A program made the translations under genes and the position numbers. 49,642 nucleotides of DNA from Octopus bimaculoides. Its lineage: Eukaryota. Shown here piece by piece: positions 26,280 through 37,205 of the stretch. The stretch covers positions 12,106,198 through 12,155,839 of the forward strand of contig NC_068999.1 of the NCBI RefSeq assembly GCF_001194135.2, written 5' to 3'. A model generated the notes under the pieces. The model saw nothing but the letters and a program-made list of their open reading frames with translations. It was not told the origin of the DNA and did not search any database. Each line of letters starts with the position of its first letter. Position 1 is the first letter of the stretch.

Positions 26280-26598
26280 AGCACTCCGTCGGTTACGACG
26301 ACAAGAGTCCCAGCTGATGTGATCAACGGAACAGCGTGCTCATGTAATTAACGTACAAGTGGCTGAGCACTCCACAGACGCGTGTACCCCTAACATAGTT
26401 CTCAGGGAGACTCAGCGTGACACATAGCGTGACAAGGCTGGCCTTTTGAAATACAGGTACTGCTCATTTTTGCCAGCAGAGTGAACTGCAGGAACGTGAA
26501 ATAAAGTGTCTTCCTCAAGGACAGAACGCGTCGCCGGGAATCGAACTCACGACCTTACGATCGTGAGCCGAATGCCCTAACCACTAAGCCACGCGCCT
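26280..26598 (-). mobile_element. tRNA-derived SINE family E
   Basis: Minus-strand head ggcgcgtggcttagtggttagggc...gagttcgattcc. The same body occurs at about 45130-45385(-, truncated) and 49505-49600(+, internally deleted). Confidence 0.8.
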
Positions 26599-27141
26599 TC
26601 ACACACATTTGGTATGAGTTAGCTGATGTACATCCATGTGCCTTAAGCAGCAGGTGTTAGTGGGCAATCATTTAATATCTGGTTGTAGACCATAAAGAAG
26701 AAATGCTTACACAATAAAAATAGAAGCTGATAAGATAAAAAATATATATAAATATGCAGAAGCAAGATTTCTTTGTTTTGGTATTTGTAACAGAATTATG
26801 TAACCATGACATTAGAATATTAGACCAAATGGTATTATTTTCATTAATTAAATATTTGTCAACAACAACTGTACAACTTAATTATTGAAGTATTGTTGTG
26901 CCTCTTTAGAGAACTGCATGATGCTTATACACACACACAAACACACACACATTGCCTATTTTTTTAATTGTTTGGCCATTCTCTGATTTATGACTGTTGC
27001 CCTACATAAACAGAAATTGTTATTCAGACAGTTACACTTCTTTAAGGATTTCAAGATATTTTATCATTCTAACACAATTGTCAATTTATTTATATACTCT
27101 GGTTGTTGTTGTTTAAATCCAGGTCAACTCTGTTACTTGGT

Positions 27142-27344
27142 AAGTGCCGCCTGCTCAACCCGGCCAAATCTGAGATCAGTCTGGCGAGCAAACATATTTT
27201 GCGAGATATCAATACACCATAAAAAGGGTCACCAACCTCTCCTTGTGGTGCAGCACCAGTGAAGTGACCACATGGTTTAACGTCGACAAGGGTAGAGGCA
27301 GAGCAAGGGGCACCCAATTTGATATAGTCGATTTTTACCTGTCT
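27142..27344 (+). mobile_element. Decayed Penelope-like reverse transcriptase fragment
   Basis: KCRLLNPAKSEISLASKHILRDIN, then after a stop and frameshift WCSTSEVTTWFNVDK...TQFDIVDFYLS. This resembles the PLE RT motifs KCRLINPAKSEI and QFDIVDFYPS. Confidence 0.8.
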
Positions 27345-29108
27345 AAATCGAAAAGGCCACTAACCTCTGCTTATGGCCCAAGCCCCTTAAATACACACCC
27401 ACACCCACATATATATATACAAGCATCCAGTCCATGCTGTAAAGTGGCTGGCATTTGGAAAGGCATCCAGCTGTGAAAACCATACCAAAACTGACCTATC
27501 CTGTTCTGGTGCCACATAAAACGCACTCAGCCCACTCTGCAGAGAGGTTGGTGTTAAAAAGGGGACCCAGCCATAAAAATTGAGACAGAAGTATGGTGCA
27601 AGCTCCTGCTAACAATTATACCAGATCACAGCATTAAGCAAAACATTAATATTGGCACAAGGCCAGCAATTGCAGGGGAGGGAGTAAGTCAATTACATCA
27701 ACCGTCAGTGCTCAACTGCTACTTATTTTATTGACCACGAAAGGATAAAGCAAATTCAATCTTGACGGAGGTTGAACTCAGAATGTAAAGATGGATCACA
27801 TGTTGCTAAGCATTTCGCCTGACATCTTAACAATTCTGCCAGCTTGCTACCTAAAGCAAAACATAAATATGAACAGCATATATTTCACCAATCTTGGTGG
27901 AATTGAGAGCACTGATGGATGCTGTCTTGTTTTCTAGAACTAGCAAATAAAATGAAAATCTTAATAACCTGAATAAATATATATATATATATATATATTT
28001 ATCAGAGATTGCATGCATAAGTAATAGGAACAATTTGGTTTTCAAATGATCACTGCATATTATCTGTATTAAATTACAACTTGTTTAAAGTGAAGCGGGT
28101 AACTTAAGCATATTTCAGATTGGTTTTATTTATACTATCAACAAAGGAAACACTCACTAGGTCATTATTTTAAACTGAATTATTTAGCTATCATGTGTTT
28201 GCTTATTTTTCCTATTGTAATCTATGAGCAATTTTTAACCTCTGGCACAGACAAATATATCTCATGATCCTATTAAGTAACAATGTTACCTGGCATAAGC
28301 TTCTCACATATAATATAATAAATTATAACAAGTCAATTATTTTATACATGCTCTAAATAATAACATAATTATATTTATTATTATTATTATTAGAAGCACA
28401 TCCTAAATTCTGTTCTCCGATCGTGTTATCTATGTGGTCACACGATCTGCCAGAAATAGCAGCCAAATCTCCTTCAGTTCAGACGTTACTGTTGCACACA
28501 GATCTCATAAAGCGTTATGGTTTTTATTAAGGCTTTTAATATTCCGAGATCAAATCCTGCCGGCGTCGTCAACTTGTACTTATTATTTTTTCCGGCTCGA
28601 TGAAATTACGACCTTTGTACACGGGTTGAAAGATGAGATGATCACGTCAGGAACGTTTTTTCATCACAGGCAAGGATTAAACACGTCTCTAATGTTCAAC
28701 TGGTTCATAACAAAATATACGTTGGCAGATTGGGGAAACAGAAGTGACAACCGTTTTGGGGTGGGTTTCTGTGCAGCGGATAAAAAAACAAGTCGAGCGG
28801 AAAAAATGCCGGCAATTTTTAACTGGTCACGATGCAGATCGGTATCCCTGGACGGAGCGATTCCGTCACAAGAAGCCAAAATCAATGTGAACTCCAATCA
28901 ATAACAGATGTGGAATAAATGTAACAAAAAAAAAAAAGCAACAAACAAAATATTCGCGGGCGCGCGTACATGTATATACGATCGTGTTTACGTGGATTAA
29001 TTAGCAGGATGCTCACAAATCAATAAGTTAAACAGAAAAAAAGAAATCAAAGAGCGCGGGTTATATCAAATAATACATATTGAAATGAAGATGAATAAAT
29101 TAACTTAC

Positions 29109-29205
29109 TATGAAAGAAATCATAGTGCAGAAAAAATGTGTCAAAGCATGGCTGTGGACATATTAATTGGATCAAGGAAATAACGAAGTCAACAATACCC
29201 GCCAT
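29109..29205 (-). CDS. MPDU1: MPDU1 (mannose-P-dolichol utilization defect 1, PQ-loop protein) coding exon 1
   Basis: ATG at 29205 reads MAGIVDFVISLIQLICPQPCFDTFFLHYDFFH, resembling the MPDU1 N-terminus (P-x-x-C-[FY]-D...D-x-x-H). It ends at a strong donor A|gtaagt, is 97 nt long, and its phase 1 matches exon 2. Confidence 0.93.
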
Positions 29206-29340
29206 TGTTAGAAACTGATTAGATTCATCTGTTGGTAGAGTTACCTCCCTTGGATATTACAGTCAAGGGAAGTAAACTCTAACAAGGGAAATAACTCTCA
29301 AAACGGGAGATAATATAAGGCTTTCTTTTCTTTATTAAAG
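29206..29340 (-). promoter_or_regulatory. Putative MPDU1 5'UTR / proximal promoter
   Basis: Unique sequence directly upstream of the ATG, inside a CpG-retaining zone, with four copies of an AAGGGARRTAACTC-like motif. The TSS cannot be placed from sequence alone. Confidence 0.45.
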
Positions 29341-29984
29341 AGTACATTCCCTTGAAAATTTTAAATTGTAGATCCGAAGTTTCGAATCGGCGAAAATTTT
29401 CAAACCGTATGTTTCAAACCGTATTAAATGTTTTAGTGAGGTCAACAATTTTTGTGTATTCCGGAATGACTGACATGTATCTTCCATGCTGCAATCGTAA
29501 AATTTGAAATATCTTTTCGTTTGGTTATCGAATATTCTTGTCAGTTCTCAACGAGGTAGGGCATCGCTAGCGCGTCAAAGCGCTTTTCGAAGACAAGATC
29601 AACATTTTTCACATTATAAAAACCAGACCGTATTTTACACTATTTAAAACCTCTAACTGTGAAAGGAATATGAAATCCTAATCGAAATGTATAACATAAT
29701 TACACCATCTAATGAAGAACTATAAATGAATATTTTTCCATAGACGTAACAAACGAGTTTCTTACATTATTATGAATTATCCAAATGTTTTCATATTGTT
29801 TTAAGTGTAATACTCGAATACATGTATGACAGGTAGAAAGGATCAATATTATTATTATTGCTAAAGCGGTGAGCTGGTAAAATCTGTAGTATGCCAGGTG
29901 AAATGCGTAGCGGCTTAGTGTAACAGGGAGACAGAGACACAAAATCTAGTGCCTTGCTGTAGAGGAGGTACATGTTTATCCAGA

Positions 29985-30050
<66 letters not shown>

Positions 30051-30237
30051 GTGAGAGAGAGAGATAGAGATACAGAGGGAGAGAGAGAGAGGTCGACTTT
30101 CCCTTCTGTCTTTTCGGAAGTCGAACACTGGGGATGATATAATTGACTAGCACCTTCCCCAAACATACATATATATGTGTATGTATGTATGTATGTATGT
30201 ATGTATGTATGTATGTATATGTATAAATATATATGTA

Positions 30238-30270
<33 letters not shown>

Positions 30271-31296
30271 TTATATATATAATGTATGTAGTATATGTAT
30301 ATATAAGTGTGTGTATGTATATGTAGATATATGTGTCTGTATTTATATGTATTTATATGTATATATAAGTATATATGTAAATATACGTATATATGTACGT
30401 ATATATANNNNNNNNNNNNNNNNNNNNNNNNNNNNNNNNNNNNNNNNNNNNNNNNNNNNNNNNNNNNNNNNNNNNNNNNNNNNNNNNNNNNNNNNNNNNN
30501 NNNNNNNNNNNNNNNNNNNNNNNNNNNNNNNNNNNNNNNNNNNNNNNNNNNNNNNNNNNNNNNNNNNNNNNNNNNNNNNNNNNNNNNNNNNNNNNNNNNN
30601 NNNNNNNNNNNNNNNNNNNNNNNNNNNNNNNNNNNNNNNNNNNNNNNNNNNNNNNNNNNNNNNNNNNNNNNNNNNNNNNNNNNNNNNNNNNNNNNNNNNN
30701 NNNNNNNNNNNNNNNNNNNNNNNNNNNNNNNNNNNNNNNNNNNNNNNNNNNNNNNNNNNNNNNNNNNNNNNNNNNNNNNNNNNNNNNNNNNNNNNNNNNN
30801 NNNNNNNNNNNNNNNNNNNNNNNNNNNNNNNNNNNNNNNNNNNNNNNNNNNNNNNNNNNNNNNNNNNNNNNNNNNNNNNNNNNNNNNNNNNNNNNNNNNN
30901 NNNNNNNNNNNNNNNNNNNNNNNNNNNNNNNNNNNNNNNNNNNNNNNNNNNNNNNNNNNNNNNNNNNNNNNNNNNNNNNNNNNNNNNNNNNNNNNNNNNN
31001 NNNNNNNNNNNNNNNNNNNNNNNNNNNNNNNNNNNNNNNNNNNNNNNNNNNNNNNNNNNNNNNNNNNNNNNNNNNNNNNNNNNNNNNNNNNNNNNNNNNN
31101 NNNNNNNNNNNNNNNNNNNNNNNNNNNNNNNNNNNNNNNNNNNNNNNNNNNNNNNNNNNNNNNNNNNNNNNNNNNNNNNNNNNNNNNNNNNNNNNNNNNN
31201 NNNNNNNNNTGTACACATATATATGCATATAGATATATGTATAAGTACACATATACATAGATATATACATATATATATAATACACACACACACACC

Positions 31297-31328
<32 letters not shown>

Positions 31329-31599
31329 CATATATGATACTAGACTTTGATCTTAGCTATATATATATTAAAATTTATTGGCAGTATTTTGGCAGTAATT
31401 TTCATTGCTTTGCAAATGCACGTTCTTGCGATTCATCTTATGCAGTTCTCTTTTACGTTTACCACTGTTGACGTTCGATACTCCTTTAAGTTACGTCTTG
31501 CTAGCGTTCTAACCACATGTAAGCCATATGAATACTTTTATATATAGATGTGTGTGTGTGTGTGTGTGTGTGTGTAGAAATAATATTATTTCTAAATCT

Positions 31600-31661
<62 letters not shown>

Positions 31662-34347
31662 GACAGACAGACATATAGTAACATTTCTTTAAGGTAAAAT
31701 TTAATTGCTATCATTATATGGCTGTCCTGGAAGTGATGTTGTTACTATTTATTAGCCCCATGAAATATCGTTTCTGACTATACGACATATTATCTGTGTC
31801 CTTATATTTTCGAATCCTGAATTTAGCATCCTCACCTAGCACAAAAAAGCATCTGTGGACTATATACGTACATGAACACACATATATATACACACCCACA
31901 CATATATACGTATATATACATATATGTATGTGTGAGTTTGAATATATATTTATTTAAATCTTATATATGGCGCAAGAGTGGCTGTGTAGTACGTAGCTTG
32001 CTTACCAACCACATGGGTCCGGGTTCAGTCCCATTGTGTGGCACCTTGGGCAAGTGTCTTCTACTATAGCCTCGGACCGACCAAAGCCTTGTGAGTGGAT
32101 TTGGTAGACGGAACCTGAAAGAAGCCCGTCGTATATATATATATATATATATATATATATNNNNNNNNNNNNNNNNNNNNNNNNNNNNNNNNNNNNNNNN
32201 NNNNNNNNNNNNNNNNNNNNNNNNNNNNNNNNNNNNNNNNNNNNNNNNNNNNNNNNNNNNNNNNNNNNNNNNNNNNNNNNNNNNNNNNNNNNNNNNNNNN
32301 NNNNNNNNNNNNNNNNNNNNNNNNNNNNNNNNNNNNNNNNNNNNNNNNNNNNNNNNNNNNNNNNNNNNNNNNNNNNNNNNNNNNNNNNNNNNNNNNNNNN
32401 NNNNNNNNNNNNNNNNNNNNNNNNNNNNNNNNNNNNNNNNNNNNNNNNNNNNNNNNNNNNNNNNNNNNNNNNNNNNNNNNNNNNNNNNNNNNNNNNNTAT
32501 ATATGTATATATATATATGCATATTTTTATGTATATAAGTGTGCATACGTTTCAGGGGGTGTGCATGTTCTCGCTGAAAGATTTTACTTTCTATAGAAAA
32601 AAATAAAAAAAAGTAAAAGGAAATATCTCCCCTGGTCGAATATGGGAGCATAATACAATTATATTTTCAGAGCTTGTGAGGGTGAAATATTTTGATTACG
32701 AAACATAAAGCAAGCAAACAGCGCCGGTGATAAGATACTCTCATGCGCACAATTCTCAAGATGATTGCTTTGAACACTTTTTCGTTTCTTTCAGATGCAG
32801 AATCTGATGTATTGATTTTTGTTCGAAGCAATCATACTCAGGGCCTAAAAAATTATATACCTTATCACTTTTGGATATACGAATCCTCATGGGATGATTT
32901 ATATCGATTTGATGATTAATAGTCCTGATATCCATATTTTAAATATGAATATATATATATTTAAGATAAGAATAGATCAGGAATTCGTTCTTTGATACTT
33001 TTATTCACTCATTGGTCTGTAGCCGGGGCGAGGTACCGGCTTGAAGAGAGTAACTCAATCCCAGAGCCTATTTCTGTGATTGCTATTTATCAAACAACTT
33101 ATATTAGTTACTGATTTGAAACAAAGAGACGTAAATTGACGTACTTAGATCGATGTATCAGTCCAAACAAATACACGATATGGAATTATTCACAGTTTCC
33201 ATCACCCAAATTCCATTCAAAATATATTGGGCAAATCACAGGTTGCAGTATAAATTATTTGCTTAAGATGGTGCGTTGAGAGTACTAAGCCAGAACCTTG
33301 TACTTCCGAACCGAACTTAATCTAAATACCCGGCTCGAAATTAGCTAAAGAAAATCTTCACTAGTTAATAGTCTTTATGCTAGTATGCACTGTCTATGTC
33401 TACGTTGGTTGTCTGCTTTACTAAGCACTATATTTCATTATTCCTTATCGTGGACAGAATGTAACAAGATTTCAAACACTAATCAAACTTGCGAGTCGCC
33501 AACTACTTTATGAATGGTCGGCGTAAATAGCGTTCATAGTCTAAATGCGTTTTTATAAAAATATTTGTAATTTCAAATCACTTTAAAACCTAGTTCATGA
33601 TCGGTCAGTGTAATTAGGTGAAAACGTCATTTACAAACATACTTTTTGAATGACCAGTGTGATTAGGATTCCAACATGTAAATGGAACATTTAAGATTAA
33701 ACCAGGATATATATTTCTGTTGGAATAGGCGAATGTATTGCAAGTGAGAGTAGTCAAAGGTTTAAACAGCTGGCTAAAAAATGAAACGAGAGCCTTGATG
33801 TAATCGCTCGATCTTCCACAAAGAAAATCCCAAACTCCCTCAAATAACTACCTGCTATCCAACGTATAGTCTTTGACATTAAAAAAGAAATGAAAATAGA
33901 AAGGTGGTGACGAATTGACGCTGGCATTAAGTCGTTAGAATGCCTCGAGGTATTTGTACTGATTCACTGGTCTCCGAGTTCAAGTCCCGCCGTGACCAGT
34001 TTTTTCTGACATCCTTTTGAGGTCGATGAAACGATAGCAACCCAAAACCGTGGAACTGTTTCCAGGTTTGGTAAGATGCTTTACGGTATCTGAACTGGCT
34101 TCTTATATTCAGACTCTAATATTGCAATGATACTAGCGCCAAGCTGTATTGGTCCAAGTCAGTGGCCTTTCACTTGGATAAACATCGGTGGCGGAAAGAG
34201 GACAAAATTACATGCGTAGTCAGCTAGCAGTTTTCTTAATTCTTGCCCAGGCATACAGACATATGGTGAGCTTTGACCAGCGATCGCCATATAGTATAAT
34301 GAACAGCAAAAATAAAAGAAAACAATACAAAAACAATAGGAAAAAAA

Positions 34348-34688
34348 ACGAGTGGCTGTGTGGTAAGTAGCTTGCTTACCAACCACATGGTTCCGAGTTC
34401 AATCCCACTGCGTGGCACCTTGGGCAAGTGTCTTCTACTATAGCCTCGGGCCGACCAAAGCCTTGTGAGTGGATTTAGTAGACGGAAACTGAAAGAAGCC
34501 CGTCGTATATATGTATATATATATATATGTATGCATGTTTGTGTGTCCGTGTTTGTCCCCCCCACCATCACTTGACAACCGATGCTGGTGTGTTTAGGTC
34601 CCCATAACTTAGCGGTTCGGCAAAAGACACCGATAGAATAAGTACTAGGCTTACAAAGAATAAGCCCTGGGGTCGATTTTCTCGACTA
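34348..34688 (+). mobile_element. SINE family A (tRNA-like head, internal microsatellite), representative copy
   Basis: Recurrent gagtggctgtgtggtaagtagcttgc...ggttcagtcccactgcgtggc...gacggaaactgaaagaagcc. Other copies at about 11-175(-), 6680-6940(-), 7008-7366(-), 8760-8850(+), 17590-17712(-), 18175-18405(+), 19978-20147(+), 23107-23345(+), 25820-26162(-), 31969-32135(+), 36262-36419(+), 37915-38290(-), 41500-41640(-), 42182-42645(+). Confidence 0.88.
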
Positions 34689-35033
34689 NNNNNNNNNNNN
34701 NNNNNNNNNNNNNNNNNNNNNNNNNNNNNNNNNNNNNNNNNNNNNNNNNNNNNNNNNNNNNNNNNNNNNNNNNNNNNNNNNNNNNNNNNNNNNNNNNNNN
34801 NNNNNNNNNNNNNNNNNNNNNNNNNNNNNNNNNNNNNNNNNNNNNNNNNNNNNNNNNNNNNNNNNNNNNNNNNNNNNNNNNNNNNNNNNNNNNNNNNNNN
34901 NNNNNNNNNNNNNNNNNNNNNNNNNNNNNNNNNNNNNNNNNNNNNNNNNNNNNNNNNNNNNNNNNNNNNNNNNNNNNNNNNNNNNNNNNNNNNNNNNNNN
35001 NNNNNNNNNNNNNNNNNNNNNNNNNNNNNNNNN

Positions 35034-35120
35034 AGAAGAAGAAGAAGAAGAAGAAGAAGAAGAAGAAGAAGAAGAAGAAGAAGAAGAAGAAGAAGAAGAA
35101 GAAGAAGAAGAAGAAGAAGA
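35034..35120. repeat. (GAA)n microsatellite, read as (CTT)n just after the SIAE stop
   Basis: Perfect run extending into the gap 34689-35033. Confidence 0.95.
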
Positions 35121-35140
35121 AAATAAAATGGTGTATTTCT

Positions 35141-35371
35141 TCAAAATCGGTGCCAAAACGGCGCTGCTGGAAGATTGGTTCCTTGACTATAAATTGGACA
35201 TTTCTTCAGTGGACAGGGACTATCTTGCCAAGCATAACGTATGTCACACACACACTCTCCATAACATGTCACGTTGCTGGAGAGAAAAATCGATGTCTGG
35301 TTCTCGTTGGTTGATGATTCAATGCTTAACCACATGCTGTTTCGACATTCGTTGTGTTTAGCACAGGAAAT
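35141..35371 (-). CDS. SIAE: SIAE terminal coding exon
   Basis: atttcctatag|ATT TCC TGT...TTT TGA; 231 nt; ISCAKHNECRNSMWLSIESSTNENQTSIFLSSNVTCYGECVCDIRYAWQDSPCPLKKCPIYSQGTNLPAAPFWHRF*, matching the SIAE C-terminal RYAW...PC...CP-Y...LPA-PF. Confidence 0.95.
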   Translation of the reverse strand: MSCAKHNECRNSMWLSIESSTNENQTSIFLSSNVTCYGECVCDIRYAWQDSPCPLKKCPIYSQGTNLPAAPFWHRF

Positions 35372-36420
35372 CTATAGGAAATGAAATAAACGGAAGATAT
35401 TTTCTAATGGCTGCGAGGTTTAAGAGATTTTCTTTACACTCACCTGGTAACAATCTTTGGTAAGTTGCATCAAACTGAGAAAACAAAAACGGTGGATAAA
35501 TGAGAAAATTATATACAGCTTACTCGTGATAATGTAGAAAATCGATGCATTTTCAATGCAGCACTCAATACGAACACATGGCTAGCCACGATAAAAAAAA
35601 CTCCGAGTTTCGGATGTCGGGGTGGAAACCCACGCCGGCATCTCTTCAGTTATCGCGCCATCGAAAAAAAATGATATGTATGTATGTATGTATGTATCTA
35701 TATGGATATGAATAATAATGACTTCATAACGTGCATTTCAAAGCTCCAATACGGTTATCGGCTATCATATGTCATCATAGTGCAGGATTATTCTTTTTAC
35801 TGGATATACATATTGATTTAACTTAACGCTATAAAGCGTGAGGAATTGCAAGTAGCATGTGTGTATGTATATATGTGTGTATATGTAAATATGAGTCTGA
35901 GAAATGTTGGGATATAAACTTGGAAATACATGTATATCAGTGACAGTTTGTGTATGTGCATGCCTGTGTGCGTGTGTGTGTACACGTGTTTGGACGTGTG
36001 CGTGTATGTGTGTGCATATTTAGATATAATTATTTCTATGTATATACGGACTGAATGAACATATGCGTGTGTATATACGTGCAGGTGAATAATTCTTATC
36101 GACTGCGATGACATTTATTAACGACTTAATTAGTGATTGGGATGGGAATCAGGATAGCTGAAATTAATTTTTATGAGCGGACTGGGATACAAAAGGGGTG
36201 GGGGCTAAAAAAGGTAGCTACGCGTCCGGTGAAGAGAAACGTTCACACACGCATTCTTATAGGCGCAAGCGTGGTTGTGTGGTAAGAAAGTTGCGTGTCA
36301 ACCACATGGCTCCGGGTTCAGTCCCATTGTGTGGCACCTTGGACAAGTGTCTTCTACTACAGTCTCGGGCTGACCAAAGCCTTGTAAGTGGATTTGGTAG
36401 ACAGAAACTGAAAGAATAAA

Positions 36421-36625
36421 GGCGGTGAGCTGGCAGAGTCGTTAGCATGCCGGGCAAAATGCTTACGGCATTTTGTCTGCCGCTACGTTCTGAGTTCAAA
36501 TTCCGCTGAGGTCGACTTTGCTTTTCATCCTTTCAGAATCGATAAATTAAGTACCAGTTGGCTACTTTGGTCGATGTAATAGAATTGCCCCTTCCCCACC
36601 AAATTTCAAGCCTTGTGGCTATAAT
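36421..36625 (+). mobile_element. SINE family B, representative copy
   Basis: Recurrent ggcggtgagctggcag...gttctgagttcaaattccgc-gaggtcgactttgc-tttcatcc...taagtaccagt. Other copies at about 200-395(+), 480-630(+), 1085-1290(-), 7790-7985(-), 9335-9490(-), 9550-9660(-), 9760-9950(+), 17830-17975(+), 27660-27850(-), 29862-30160(+, interrupted), 33905-34070(+), 46355-46598(-). Confidence 0.88.
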
Positions 36626-36660
36626 ATAAAGCATTATATTTATATATCTGTGTGTGTGTG

Positions 36661-36747
<87 letters not shown>

Positions 36748-36918
36748 ATGTCTATACACCCACACACATATGTACATAGTTTTAGTGTAAAATCAGCATA
36801 AGCTACAGAGTGACTGAAGAGCAGAGGGTTTCGTGCGTTGGCCTTTATCAGCGCAAGAAAATTTTCCACCCTTGATTCACTCTGTAACTTGTGTCGATTA
36901 TTAAGAAAAAGTATACGG

Positions 36919-36950
<32 letters not shown>

Positions 36951-36952
<2 letters not shown>

Positions 36953-37205
36953 TCTTGTTTTGTGATCTATATTACTGTGTTCGAATCACCAAATCTGCAT
37001 ACACACAAACACACACAAACATACACACATATTCAAGTTTTTGTGATCTATACTCTTGTGTTCGCATCATCAAATCTGCACACACACACATACACATACA
37101 CACACAGACACACACACATACACATACACACACACACACACGCACACATTCTTGTTTTCTGATCTATATTCCTGTATTCGCATCACCATATCTGCATACA
37201 CACAC
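36951..37205. repeat. Composite minisatellite: ~50-bp core alternating with (CA)n, 3 units
   Basis: Cores start at 36951, 37031 and 37148: attc..gttt..tgatctata.t....gt.ttcg.atca.ca.atctgca. Confidence 0.85.

Noticed and set aside
20973-26598. tRNA-like sequences at 20973, 21929 and 26598
   Set aside because: A/B boxes are present, but there is no acceptor-stem closure and each continues into a repeat body, so they are SINE heads.
28647-28667. Box C (GTGATGA) and box D (CTGA) motifs on the minus strand
   Set aside because: Only about 10 nt apart, with no terminal stem or recognisable guide; not a credible snoRNA.
31714-31840. Minus-strand acceptor-like site and short open frame downstream of SIAE
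   Set aside because: SIAE already terminates at 35141; no homology recognised.
32795-32919. Plus-strand acceptor tttctttcag followed by 40 open codons (AESDVLIF...YRFDD*)
   Set aside because: No partner exons and no recognised family; this length is expected by chance. RNA-seq could revisit it.
16226-37205. Possible CRISPR arrays (24-bp repeats, 50-bp core repeats)
   Set aside because: Units are head-to-tail or separated by CA microsatellite rather than unique spacers; there are no cas genes and the context is eukaryotic.
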